Positions 1 to 12,244 of a DNA stretch of 64,000 nt are shown piece after piece; position 1 is the first letter of the stretch, and each line of letters opens with the position of its first letter. The notes under the pieces are model-generated. The model was not told where the DNA came from and did no database searches. It worked only from the letters and a program-made list of their open reading frames with translations. Origin of the DNA: Octopus sinensis (lineage: Eukaryota); assembly GCF_006345805.1 (NCBI RefSeq), contig NC_043012.1, positions 54,250,001 through 54,314,000 on the forward strand, in the 5' to 3' direction. The translations under genes and the position numbers were made by a program.

Positions 1-354
1 ACCAGCCACATGGTTCCAGGTTCAGTCTCAATGCGTGGCACCTTGGGCAGGTGTCTTCTACTATAGCCTCAGGCTGACCAAAGCCTTGTGAGTGGATTTG
101 GTAGACGGAAACTGAAAGAAGCTCGTCGTATATATGTATATGTGTGTGTATGTGTGTGTGGGGGGTGTATGTTTCTGTGTTTGTGTTTGCCCCCCAATAT
201 CGCTTAACAACCGATGCTGGTGTGTTTACGTTCCCGCAACTTAACGGTTCGGCAAGAGAGACCGATAGAATAAGTACTAGGCTTACAAAGAATAAGACGG
301 TGCTCCAGCATGGCTGCAGTCAAATGACTGAAACATGTAAGAGAGTAAAAGAGT
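1..354 (+). mobile_element. SINE family A (tRNA-derived, CORE-like box, internal microsatellite), 5' end cut by the window edge
   Basis: B-box-like GGTTCCAGGTTCAG, CORE-like GGCACCTTGGGCAGGTGTCTT, (TA/TG)n linker, tail ...CAGTCAAATGACTGAAAC..AGAGTAAAAGAGTA; homologous to about 15 other copies in the window. Confidence 0.85.
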
Positions 355-1654
355 ATGCTATTTATATTTTTATGTACTTCGAGATATTCCGAGGAGGAGG
401 GGCGGAGGAGGAGGAGGAAATTACACCGGTCATATTTCTAAAACTAGCTAAGCTGAAACGAATAAAATTTTCTCATCCTCAGTGACATCGGAACCAAAAG
501 ACATCAATGAGGTAGGATTCCCGAGGATCTGACGCGATGACGTCTCCTTTTCCTGCACAGAAAAGCCAGAGGCTACGTGCATCAACAGTTGCATTTTTCA
601 TTGAGTCGTGATGGTAAGAAGTGAAGAATGGCGTCGGTAAAAAAAGAGAGAGAGAGAGAGAGCAGGAACATAGAAAAAAGAGTGAATTGAGCATAAGATA
701 AGGAAGAGATTAGAAGTCTCTCAACAAGAGGCACGCACTTTCACGAAGTGTCTGGACTTTCTGGCACTCGAAAAAGAAACCTTAGCCTGCTTGATCTGAT
801 ACTTAGCTTAAAAAAAGACAAAACCAATACTGTACTATATATATTGTACTATATATATTATATAGACTATATATATTATACATACTATATATACTGTAAC
901 TGAAGAGATGATGTTGAGTCGAGTACCAGGCTCCACTCCTGGATAGTTTCAGGAGATCACGTCAGCGAGCTATCGACAGTTGATGGATCCGATCCAGAAA
1001 GTGTAGGATGCTTTATCGTTTAGTCAAGATCCATGGGCAATTTCGAAGAACCTAGTTTGAAGAAGATTTCGAAATAAAAAATAGTCAGAGCTCGAATGTA
1101 CCCTAGTCCTTCCATGGTAACAGTTCCTCGCTTTTATAAGTGTGGGCTGTCATTATTTGTGTCTCTTTTGTGTAACATCATGCTTTTGCTGCAAACGCCG
1201 TTTGTTATGTGTGTGCGCGTATATTAATATTTCCGTCTATGTGTTATGTACGTACGTTCTGCTTTGTTTTTAATTATTTAAATTCTTCCACTGAGGAAGA
1301 AGCTGGTTTCTAACAAAGATGTAAAGTTCCATCAACAGAAGTGATAGCAAAGCGTATTATAAAGTATGTTATGCGTCTGACAACTCGGATCAGTCACACC
1401 ACCCGTATCAAACGAATTGTGGTGAAATTCTTAGACAGAAAAGCACTTTCATGCAAAAATTAAATGGATGGGGAGATATAAGAGAAAAAGAAATATTGGA
1501 GTGGAATCAAGTTAGAAATTGGACAAATATTTTTCAATTATTTTTAATTGATAGATATTACGAAGTGTCATAAGGGTCGAAAGTTTCGTGCTTATTAAAT
1601 TTTGGCAGATGCTATGCACGAAACACTCTTGATGAAACAAGCAAGATACATAGA

Positions 1655-1666
1655 ACTATATATATA

Positions 1667-1697
<31 letters not shown>

Positions 1698-1812
1698 GAT
1701 ATATATATATATATAATTATATATATATATGTGTGTGTGTGTTTGTATATATATATATGTAATATATATATATATATACATATATATATACATATATATA
1801 CATATTATATAC

Positions 1813-1843
<31 letters not shown>

Positions 1844-1869
1844 ATATATATCTATATATATATGTATAT

Positions 1870-1901
<32 letters not shown>

Positions 1902-1933
1902 TAGTATATATATATATATATATATGTATATTA

Positions 1934-1966
<33 letters not shown>

Positions 1967-2039
1967 TATATAACATATATATATATATATATATATATAT
2001 GATATATATATATATAATGTATATATATATATATATGTA

Positions 2040-2088
<49 letters not shown>

Positions 2089-2089
2089 C

Positions 2090-2130
<41 letters not shown>
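1655..2130. repeat. Imperfect (TA)n microsatellite
   Basis: Directly visible. Confidence 0.95.
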
Positions 2131-2492
2131 CATAAGGGCACAGAAAGTGTGCCTAAAGCCAGCTGGAAACGATGATCTCCTGGGGCTAAAAGCTACAGTA
2201 ACACCCACTCTTAGTGGTTAGCCATATTGAGATGGCTTGTATACTTTACGTTGTCGAGTGGTTACTGTTTACATCTCGTTTAGAGATTTATTATTGCTTT
2301 CAGACAGTTTTTCGAAATCAGTGACATTGGTTACTGGGAAAAATATTAAATAGATATTCGCAAACAGGTCTCTCTCATCGAAAACCGGTGATTACCGAAC
2401 GTTGACAAGAGGCAAATTACCTCGAAACTGCAGTCCGCGTGTATCACTTAGGTTTACGTGAGAGGGATGATCTCCCTTTGCAAATATCATAA
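2128..2492 (+). mobile_element. 357-bp hammerhead-bearing repeat unit (family E; retrozyme- or pseudo-LTR-like)
   Basis: TATCATAA at both ends (2128-2135, 2485-2492); homologous to 6775-6930, where the end and start segments are contiguous; contains a hammerhead fold. Confidence 0.6.
2388..2447 (+). ncRNA. Type I hammerhead ribozyme candidate (U3/A8 variant)
   Basis: Core TTGACAA 2402-2408; stem II GAGG/CCTC with 7-nt loop; GAAAC; palindromic stem III ACTGCAGT; GUC site at 2433-2435; bulged stem I GTGATTACCGAACG/CGCGTGTATCAC. Confidence 0.7.
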
Positions 2493-3420
2493 AAATTAAC
2501 CTTAAAATAGAAACAGACATTTTTTACAAAGCCACAGACGCCAAACAATACCTTCTTTTTAATTCATGCCACCCAAGACACACTAAAACAAACATCCCCT
2601 TCAACCTTGCAAGAAGGATATGCACAATAGTGTCAGAACAAAATACCAGGAACTTTAGACTGCAAGAACTCAAAAACACCCTAATTGACAGACATTACCC
2701 AGCTCAACTCATAGCGGATGGGATCAGACGTGCAACAGAAATCAACATAGAAACTTTAAGAAAAGTTCAACACAAAAACACACCTTCCCCGAAAATACTA
2801 CCTTACACATCTACATACAACCCCAGAAACAAAGAAGCCTTCACCATCATCACCCAGAATTTACCAATACTTCATAAAAACCCAAAATTAAAGGAAATTC
2901 TAAACATACACCAAATCATTAAAAGCTACAAAAGCCTAAATCACTTAAAAAGATTCTCACAAAGGCAAAATTGTCTTCTAAAATTACGGATGCAAAAGTA
3001 AAAAAATGTGGTAGATCGAACTGTACATGTCCTAACCTATTGGAAGGATCAGAATTCTTCTTTAAAGAGGGACAGAAATTTAAGATCAAATCTAACTTTA
3101 CTTGTGCCTCTGAAAACATAATTTATGTTATTAAATGCTCGGGCTGCCACCAAGACTACGTGGGTTCCACGGGACTATCACTCAGGCGTAGATGCACACT
3201 GCATCGACAACAGATTGCATTCCCAGAATATAGAATGATACCTTTTAGTGAGCACATTGAGAAATGCGCAAAGCAACTACTGCCACAATTTTTAATCTTC
3301 CCATTTTACCAATGTGCTTTCGGATCATCAACACAAATGAGACTGAACAAGGAACATTCTTCATTGAAAAGTACAAACCCAGACTCAACCATCCGAACAT
3401 ACTGACACAGAGAAATTAAC
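2486..3420 (+). mobile_element. Penelope-like element, 5'-truncated: RT thumb, Cys linker and GIY-YIG endonuclease, frameshifted
   Basis: IETDIFYKATDAKQYLLFNSCHPRHTKTNIPFNLARRICTIV; KCGRSNC; NIIYVIKCSGCHQDYVGSTG..RCTLHRQQI; frameshifts near 2940 and 3355. Confidence 0.92.
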
Positions 3421-3555
3421 AAGGAAAAGGGAAAAAAAATTTTAAAGCCATTATCTCCCTTACACCGGAAGAAATCACTCACTACCTCCCCTTATTTAGA
3501 AATCTCCTGGAAATAAAAACAACGATAACTCCATGCAATATAAACATAACGTCAC

Positions 3556-3595
3556 AAGAAATTTGAAAAGCTACACGCGAAACCGGTAATTTCTT
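3556..3595 (+). ncRNA. Minimal type I hammerhead ribozyme candidate (U3/A8 variant) in the Penelope 3' region
   Basis: Stem I AAGAAAT/ATTTCTT (7 bp perfect); core TTGAAAA; stem II GC-TACAC-GC; GAAA; loopless palindromic stem III ACCGGT; GUA site at 3586-3588. Confidence 0.75.
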
Positions 3596-3736
3596 AAAAA
3601 ATTTTAAACTTATGTCATTTTAAGGAAAGGAAAAAACTTTTTCCAATATTCTCCAGACATTTTGACACAAATATATATATATATATATTAACATTTAAGC
3701 CTTCTGTCGTTTTTTCACACTTTTCTATTTTCTTAT

Positions 3737-3774
<38 letters not shown>

Positions 3775-3785
3775 CGTATATATAT

Positions 3786-4716
3786 TGAGAGGATCCAAAA
3801 GAAAGCGCAATTTTGCAATATGATTTTATTCACTTAGTTTTATATGTTTACATTTTTATCGCCTTCAGAGTATTCTCCATTTGAAGCAATGCATCGGTCC
3901 AGGCGCGTTTTCCACTATTCGAAACAGTGCAAGAACTCTTGCGAAGTGATGCCTTTTAACGTCTCCGCCGTTTCTTCCTTCACATCTTCCACATCCGCAA
4001 ATTCCGTAGGACCAGCTTTCGTCACCAATAATGACCACCGAATAAAGATCCGGACCAACTTTTATCTGTTCTTTCAGTTCACGACACTCATTCAGTCATG
4101 ACTACTTCTGATCTTCCGTGAGCAAGCGAGGCACAAATTTTGCAGCAACTTTTTTCATTCGCTGTTCCTCGCTCAAAATTCATTGGCAGGAGCTCCGGGG
4201 CACACCATTCATATCAACAAGATCGTCAATTGTTCGGTTGTGGTCGCCCAAGATGAGTTCATGAGTTTCCATGATGTTTTCGTTCGTTCGGGTGGTGGAC
4301 GGACGTTCTGAACGAGGTTGGTCTTCAAGCGACAACTGACCGTTCCTAAAGAGTGAAAACCACTCGTAAACTTGTGTTTTACTCATGGTAGCGTCCTTGG
4401 AAGCTGTTAGAAGCATGATAACTGTTTCGGTCGCCGTTTTCCCAGCGGAAAACAGAATTTCACGGAAGCACGCTGTTACTTCATTTCAGCCATCGGAAAC
4501 ATCGACGTACAGGAGAGAAGCACTGCAAAACAAAGGCGTAGCGCCGGGCGACACCGATCGGCATACTGATGCCAGGGGGTCGCATCAAGTGGCTTCTAGT
4601 AGCGGAAGCCTGAACTACAAAGGGCTTCTCCCACAGGCTTCTAACAGCGGAAACCTGAACTACAATGGGCTTGTCCCACAGAGAACGTTTCAGGTTACTT
4701 TGGGGTCCCCCCTCGT
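3786..4716 (-). mobile_element. Mariner element with internal deletion and degenerate TIRs
   Basis: MSKTQVYEWF..LEDQPRSERPST..KFVPRLLTEDQK..IIGDESW jumps to ADVEDVKEE..WKTRLDRCIASNGEY; TIR-like CGAGGGGGGACCCCAAAGTAAC (right) and GAGAGGATCCAAAAGAAAG (left). Confidence 0.85.
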
Positions 4717-5809
4717 GTGCATGTGAGTGTGTATGTATATATACGCATATATATCATACTTCAAGCAGATATACTGTTGGAAGCCTGCTAAAATGCAGTA
4801 TTCGTCTCGAGAAAGCATATCTTATAGGCATAAAGTGTTAAAAATAGAAATATGTCAACACCAGGCAAAATTCGTCCAGTAGCGGCACTGGCAATGCTAA
4901 ATACGTATTTCTACTTCTCTGAACTTCGTCAGTAACATGTATTCACTGGCAACGCATTCTAAGAAAAAATCGGCCACTAACTGATATAGTTAGACAGTGA
5001 CAGAAATATCACCGATAACATATATAGTCGTCATTATTATTAGCAACGGAAGCAGTATTCGTTCAAAATAGCAATCCGTGTATCATACTTGAGGCAAATC
5101 TATTGTTAAAAGCGTGCTAAACTGCAGTATCTGTCTAGACAAATAAGCATTTGAAATCGGGAATTCGAAAAGTGAAGCAACAGGAAAATACATTAACCTT
5201 CATTTTTTTCATTTTTTTTTTTTTTTTCGTTTTTGGTATAGAAAAAAGCAAATCTGTTATGCAGGGGAATAAATATCATCTTAACAAAGGATTTAGATTT
5301 CGAGAAGCTGTTGAAAAATGCTTTTGTTTTTCTTGTCTAAGCCGATGAAAGACAAGACAATCATTGCAGTTAATGTTGAGAAAATCTCATTTAGTTCACG
5401 ATAAAATATTTCCTTTTTCAATGAAACTCAAACTAGAATAAACCTAGAATAAAACCTGATAAAACCATAGCCACGTCCATGATAATGCTTTTGCTTCTAT
5501 TCTGTCCGTTCTGTTAGATAACATGTCAAATTTTTTACTCTTTATTTTTTTAAGTTATAGAAATTAGCCAATAGCCTACTGATACTTCTTGCATTAAATA
5601 GATTAGAGTGAATAAATTTGAGATTCTTAATATATTGATTTCTCACATTAGTAGAAGTAATATATCTCGAGAAAAAAAAAAACTTCACATCATTATGTCG
5701 TCTGTCCTTTACAAATTTGACATGTCAGACTACCGAGAGTGAATCCGCAGAAGAGCAGGTTTTTTTTTTATATAATAGCTTCTCTCTATTTTTCTTTCTC
5801 TCTCTCCTT

Positions 5810-5820
5810 CTCTCTCTCAA

Positions 5821-5880
<60 letters not shown>
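5810..5880. repeat. (CT)n microsatellite
   Basis: Directly visible. Confidence 0.95.
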
Positions 5881-5884
<4 letters not shown>

Positions 5885-6774
5885 CTGTTATCTTTTTTGC
5901 ATTGGCTTGGATAAACAAACCAGCCCATCCATCTTATCTGTCTTTCCCTCTCTTCCTTTCACTCACTCTTTCTCTCTCTATCTGTCTCTCTATTTCCGTC
6001 GTTATATAGAGTGACTTGTGTAAATTTATAACCGATTAAATGCACACAAACACACAAACACACACAAACACACATATTTTTATATATATATACATCTAAA
6101 CACACATACATACACATCGTCGTAAAACTAGTTGTACAGAAAGTAATGCTCAGGTAAGCCAAACTTTCTCTTTAACAGACATAAATCGTTAAAATTGCAC
6201 AAGTTTACAGTGTAACTTTTCTTCTTTACATATTTACCGCTCAACATTTTCGCATTCCCATCACAAGCGAAGCAGTTGCACCAACAATGATCCCAACACT
6301 CAAATCCTCTTTTTAAAAAATCTGATATGAACTGTTCTATTCACTTCTTCTCAGCCTTCTCACCGAACCTGTGCCATTCAAATCGTTGTCCCCGAAGATT
6401 GCCCTCAAATGGAGTGAACAGGTGAAAGTCAGCGGGGCCATTTCTATTCGATGGCGTAACCAATGACCAAGCCAATTTTCCGGTTGCCTAGTATGTTGCA
6501 AAAGATGCGTGTGTATGTGTGTGTGTGTGTGTGTGTATGTGTGTAGTTGCGCTTTGTCAAGGTGAATGTGAATTGCTTTCAGGTACTTTTTCAGTCTGTT
6601 CTTTCTAATGGCTTCTCCGCGCGTTTTGAGTGTCTCAATGTACCGCTCACTATTTATGGTACAGCTATTTGCGTTCTTGTCCCATTTTGTATTTTATATA
6701 TATATATATATATATAAATATATATATATATAAATCTCTGAGCGAGAATAAATCTCTGAGCGAGGTATAAAGGT

Positions 6775-6930
6775 TGGAGACGGGAAGGATGGGTTCCCTT
6801 TGCAAATACTGATAGGGCACAGAACGTGTGTCTATAGCCAGCTGGAGGAGGTGTTCTCCTGGGGCTACAAGTTACAGTGACAGCTACCCTTAGGGGTTAG
6901 CCATATTTAATTGGCAAATATACTTCACAT
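6775..6930 (+). mobile_element. Second, diverged partial copy of family E
   Basis: GGATGGGTTCCCTTTGCAAATACTGATAGGGCACAGAACGTGTG..CTCCTGGGGCTA..GGTTAGCCATATT matches 2463-2490 followed by 2131-2255. Confidence 0.65.
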
Positions 6931-7126
6931 ATATATATATATGTACATATATATATATATGTACGTACGCTGCTATATATATATAGCGGCGTACGTACAC
7001 TTTGTTCTCTCTCTATGTATATGTGTGCGTGTATGTGTGTGTGTGTGCGTGTGTGTGCGCGTGTGTGTATGTGTGTGTGTATGTGTGTGTGTGTGCGTAT
7101 GTGTGCGCGTGTGTGTATGTGTGTGT

Positions 7127-7162
<36 letters not shown>

Positions 7163-7166
<4 letters not shown>

Positions 7167-7376
7167 TTGGGTGTCTGTGTTTGTCCCACCACCATTTCTT
7201 GACAACTGATGGTGTTGTGCTTACGTCCTCGTAACTGAGCGGTTCGGCAAAAGAGACCGATAGAATAAGTACTAGGCTTACAAAGAATAAGCCCATGGGT
7301 CGATTTCTTTGACTAAAGGCGGTGCTCCAGCATGGCCGCAGTTCAACGACTGAAACAAGTGAAAGAATAAAAGAAT
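7163..7376 (+). mobile_element. SINE A, 3' half
   Basis: Matches the post-microsatellite module of family A. Confidence 0.85.
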
Positions 7377-7809
7377 TTGCCAAAAAGAAGAATTAACATA
7401 CATCACTGGATGCAAATGAAGTCGCAGGTGTTACATCAGAGTCTACTTTTCCTAGAGAGATGTCTAAACAAAACTTAGAGGTCTCTCACTCCCAACTGTT
7501 ATATGGCAGCGGATTTTAGGTCAGTTCATTCATTGAGATATTGCTAATATTTAGCCCAGTACAACCTGTTGCTTGATCGGGCCGTCAGACACTAAATCGG
7601 CAACCTTCCCAAACCTGTTCTGTAAGGTGGTGGGGTTTCGTTGGACCCCCTGCAGGTCGAAAAACGAAACTCACATCCATACATACAAACATTCAAAAAA
7701 ATATACATACATTCATGTACATACAAGCATACAAATATACATATATATGTACCTGCGTACATGCACAGACACAGACATGACGATGGCTGTTCACTCATGA
7801 CCGAGGAAT

Positions 7810-8431
7810 GACCATCACTGATTTTTGTCTATGCAAGGTTTCAGCAATACCTGCGGTCGGCTCCATCCAGCCTCATACCTGTTGCTCCCATGCTCGCCAC
7901 GTCCCCCTCCCCGTTCGACTGAAATTCAGAGAGTCGCTTCACAAACGATATTGCAAGGAAAACGTCCCCAAAATCTCCAGTGCCATTCCTTGCGTGTCTG
8001 GTTTTATATCAGTGACCTTCTCCTAGAGACATGCTTAAACAAAAGCTGAGGAGTGCCTCACTCCTAATGCTCTTCCAGCACGCCAGACACCAACCTGGAA
8101 TTTCTGTGCAATTGGTAGATGGTCCTTAAACCTACAATAAGTTCACCCATTCTTTTGACAGGTCTTTGTTTTAATCCTGTTGGGTTTCTAGCAACCCTCC
8201 TCATCAGACGAGCTTAGTGGAAGCGCCGCTTTATTTGCCGACGAACCGACCATGCACAGGATTCCATGTCGCCAGTAACACTCTTGAGAGGCTCACATAC
8301 ATACATACATACATACATACATACATACATACATACATACATCATACATACATACATGCATGCATGCATGCATGCATGCATACATACATACATCATACAT
8401 ACATACATACATACATACATACATACATACA

Positions 8432-8464
<33 letters not shown>

Positions 8465-8770
8465 GCATACATTCATGCATGCATACACACATAGGGAGGA
8501 AGTCGACTTGTGACCGAGTATGACCACTTTTTAAACTCATTTCATTCTAAGAAATATCTCACGTTCTGTCTCCCCACCGCTGACGTCTCATATGGATTCT
8601 GAGGTCTCTACAAAGGACCTACAAGTAACTCCACACCGAACACAAGTCAGCCTTCGAGCAACAGCTCGACCGTCTGAATATTGAGGACTACACTGCCAGG
8701 TGAATCTACCGGCCGACTCACACATTCTTCTATACAAGGTGCACGACTGATCATGCAGAATATCACATTG
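7810..8770 (+). mobile_element. Highly degenerate LINE RT remnant interrupted by (CATA)n
   Basis: GSAALFADE (LFADD-like) near 8220 and KSAFEQQLDRL near 8650; weak similarity only. Confidence 0.35.
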
Positions 8771-8798
8771 GTGGATGTACATAAATATCTACATATAA

Positions 8799-8828
<30 letters not shown>

Positions 8829-8832
<4 letters not shown>

Positions 8833-9144
8833 AGGCGCAATGGCCTAGTGGTTAGGGCAGCGGACTCGCGGTCGTAGGATCGTGGTTTCGATTCCCAGAT
8901 CGGGCGTTGTGAGTTTATTGAGCGAAAACACCAAAAGCTCCACGAAGCTCCGGCAGGGAATGGTGGCGATCCATGCTGTACTCTTTCGCCACAACTTTCT
9001 CTCCTTCTTCTGTTGGCCTGCTCACTTAGCCAGCGGGGTGGCGTCATTTAAAGGCCAAAACAATGCGAAGCGCATTGTGACCAGCGATGTGTAGCAACAT
9101 CTGATAGTCTGGTCGGTTACGGTAATCACGGTGATCACGGTGAT
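8829..9144 (+). mobile_element. SINE family C (tRNA head), copy ending in (ATCACGGTG)n
   Basis: A box TGGCCTAGTGGTTA, B box GGTTTCGATTCC; body shared with copies at 12551, 13810 and 49263. Confidence 0.85.
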
Positions 9145-9169
9145 ATATATATATATATATATATACTCT

Positions 9170-9700
9170 TCTTCCGAGCCCACTTCTATTGTCCATAAAG
9201 ATTAGTCCACAATATACGACATTGTGCACACAGTACTAGCCAATCCAACTCGCCATTGATCCCTATCCGTAACAACATCCCAAGCTTCATTAAATCAACT
9301 ATTGCCTTGGGCTAGATCCCCATAAACATGTGAAATTAATTTTATTCTTTCCCAAACTTTCTGTAGCCTGAAGTTTATGAATCCAAACAGTAACCAGAAA
9401 TGTATTTGGTATTCTCAAAGCATGTTTAATCAAAATTTATCTCTTTGAAAGTAAAAATATTAGCTGGAAACGCTTGCACTCTTGCCGCTCGCTATGCAAT
9501 CCGTAAAAAAAAAACAAGAACTAGAGTGATGTTCAGCGTTTATCTCTTTTGCTAGCGCTGGTTTATTATTCAAGCCTCGCTACTATAGAACAGAACTGTT
9601 TCAATACAAGCTTTGAAGAGTAGCATTTTAATTACTTCCCTGATTGAATAATCCCACATAAAGTAATGTTTGCATGCTGCTACCCATGTTAATTGATGTC
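9170..9700 (-). mobile_element. Degraded RTE-clade 3' fragments
   Basis: WVAACKHYFMW..KMLLFKACIETVLFYSSEA and NEAWDVVTDRDQWR resemble the RTE C-terminus at 14465-14900. Confidence 0.5.
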
Positions 9701-9889
9701 TTGTTCTAAAAGCATGGATAAATCCAAACCTACACATGTAAATACAAACAGGCAACCATACATGTGTACTGATTATGTGTGCATGCGCAACTGTGTGTGT
9801 ATGTGTGTGTGTATACATATGTATACATACATACGTATATATATGTATGTCTATATATATGATTTGCCTAATAGTGGTTTTATCTCTAA

Positions 9890-9936
9890 TTTAATATGAT
9901 ATATATATGTATATATATATATACATACATATTATG

Positions 9937-9999
<63 letters not shown>

Positions 10000-10097
10000 C
10001 ATATATAAGTTAGAAAAATACGAAATATCTTAACAAATATATTCTGGTGTAAATAAAATAAGATAAAATATTATATATATATTATATATATATATAT

Positions 10098-10129
<32 letters not shown>

Positions 10130-10135
10130 ATATCC
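9890..10135. repeat. (TA)n microsatellite
   Basis: Directly visible. Confidence 0.9.
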
Positions 10136-10449
10136 ATCAGTTTGAGTTTGTTTTCTTTTTGTTTTAGAATCATAACTAACCCGTACTGTATGAATTGAAA
10201 TAATTTTTTTTTTTAAAGTAGTTCTACGTGCATTCATAAATTTATTTCCATTGATCCATATACACTGCGTCTCAAATTTTTAGGCACATCAACTTTCCCT
10301 CAATTAATAAATGTACATTCGTTCAAAACCAGTTGTTTTCCCACTGACTGTTAGCAACACCTATATTGAGATAAGCTTGATTTGCCTAATAATGTGAGAT
10401 GCATTATACGTAAATATATAGTATATGTATACGTAAATATATAGTTATA

Positions 10450-10935
10450 CAGAATTTGAACTCAGAACGCATAGAACGAAATGCAGCTAAACATTTTGCC
10501 TGGCATGCTAGCGACTCTGCCAGCTCGCTGCCTTCTATTGCGCTCAGATACTGATTTCAAATTTTGGCTCAAGGCCAACGATTTCAGGGGAGGGGCTAAG
10601 TCGATTACATCGACCCCAGTACTCAACTGGTACTTGTTTTAACCAATGCATATAGGAACGAAATGCCGCTAAACATTTTTCCCCATGTACTAACGATTCT
10701 TATTTCTTTACTGCCCACAAGGGGCTACACACAGAGGGGACAAACAAGGACAGACAAGCGGATTAAGTCGATTACATCGACCCTAGTGCGTAACTGGTAT
10801 TTATTTAATCGACCCCGAAAGGATGAAAGGCAAAGTCGACCTCTGCGGAATCTGAACTCAGAACGTAACGGCAGACGAAATAACGCTAAGCATTTCGCCC
10901 GGCGTGCTAACGATTCTGATAGCTCACTGCCTTCA
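10450..10935 (-). mobile_element. SINE family B, cluster of partial and full copies
   Basis: Reverse complement of TGGCAGAATCGTTAGCACGCCGGGCGAAAT..GAGTTCAAATTCCGCCGAGGTCGACTTTGCC. Confidence 0.85.
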
Positions 10936-10989
10936 AACATTGGACACAGGAAATTTCTCCAATAATCACCAACCTTTTTAATCTTTTGC

Positions 10990-11372
10990 TCTCTACTGGA
11001 ATTTGTCGTTTGGGAGCATGTTTCAGCGTGTCCCAATTCCAAAGAAAACAACACCTCTGACCCAGCAAACTATTGTCCTATTCCTCTCATCTCACAAAAC
11101 TCTAAGGTTTTGGATACAACCATTATCAATGATGGTCACCAACAACTTGACCCTCACACTCTGTCTTTCCCTCTATTTCTAATCTCTCTCTCTCTCTCTC
11201 TCGCACACACACACACATACACACACTCGCCTAAGTGTCCACCAGTATGGCTGTCGTGGAACCAGATCTATAGGGAACTAATTCTCTCACGTGACTCACC
11301 AGTGGGCTATCGCTTCAGACAAGTTCAGTGAAAAGAATGCTGTTGCCGCCGACATCAACGAAACCTTCGCTC
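10990..11372 (+). mobile_element. CR1/L2/Jockey-type RT fragment split by a (CT)/(CA) microsatellite
   Basis: PIPKENNTSDPANYCPIPLISQNSKVLD; HQYGCRGTRS..VTHQWAIASDKFSEKNAVAADINETF (RT subdomains 1-3). Confidence 0.7.
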
Positions 11373-11502
11373 TCTCGAGACCTTCGCCCCATGCATGCAT
11401 ACATACATACGTACTCACACATGTATATATACATGCACGCACACATATATACACACATATATACTTTATACATATATAATTATATATATGTTTATATATA
11501 TA

Positions 11503-12150
11503 TACTTTTATTCTTTTACTTGAAACAGTCATATGACTGCGGCCATGTTAGAGCCCCGCTATTAGTCGAAGAAATCGACCCAAGGACTTATTCTTTGTAA
11601 GCCTAGTACTTAATCTATCGATCTCTTTTTGCAGAACCGCAGTTACAGGAACGTAAACACACCAGCAGCGGTTGTCAAGCGATAATGGGGGGGGGACAAA
11701 CACGAAGACAAAGACACGCACATAAATATATACATATATAGAAAGGTATACATACATACATACATACATACATACGTACGTACGTCCGTCCGTCCGTCCG
11801 TACATACATACATACATACATACATACACACATACATACATGCATGCATGCATGCATGCATGCATGCATACATACATACATACATACATACATACTACAT
11901 ACATACATACAACATACATACATACATACATACAACATACATACATACATACATACATACATACATACATACATACATACGATGGTCTTTCAATATATAT
12001 ACCAAATCCACTCACAAGGCTTTGGTCGGCCTGAGACTATAGTAGTTTCTAACTTAGAAACCAAACCATCTCTTGCCCTAGGTGCCACTTAGTGGGATTG
12101 AACCTGGAACCATGTGGTTAGGAAGCAAGCTTCTTACCACACAGCCATGC
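11503..12150 (-). mobile_element. SINE A with expanded internal (CATA)n/(GCAT)n
   Basis: Both modules present in reverse orientation. Confidence 0.85.
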
Positions 12151-12244
12151 CATCACGAGCTCGATCAGATGCTCGTGGAATCTAACACTCTCCATGTCGT
12201 TTAAAAACGGAAGAATGTGTAATAGTACCAAAAGCTTATGTAGA

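Noticed and set aside
1582-1632. Inverted repeat GTTTCGTGC/GCACGAAAC with a possible hammerhead
   Set aside because: The core (TTGGCAG) and cleavage triplet deviate at several invariant positions, and stem I is unconvincing.
1602-2040. YI-, CV-, HT-, LS- and SIYL-rich ORFs here and throughout the track
   Set aside because: Translations of TA, TG, CT, CATA and GATA microsatellites.
6345-6425. AG..GT-bounded 67-bp candidate exon followed by CCAAT motifs
   Set aside because: No recognisable protein and no partner exons; such signals occur by chance.
8829-8900. tRNA-like A/B boxes here and at 12551, 13810, 42775 and 49263
   Set aside because: No complete cloverleaf or acceptor stem; they continue into SINE bodies.
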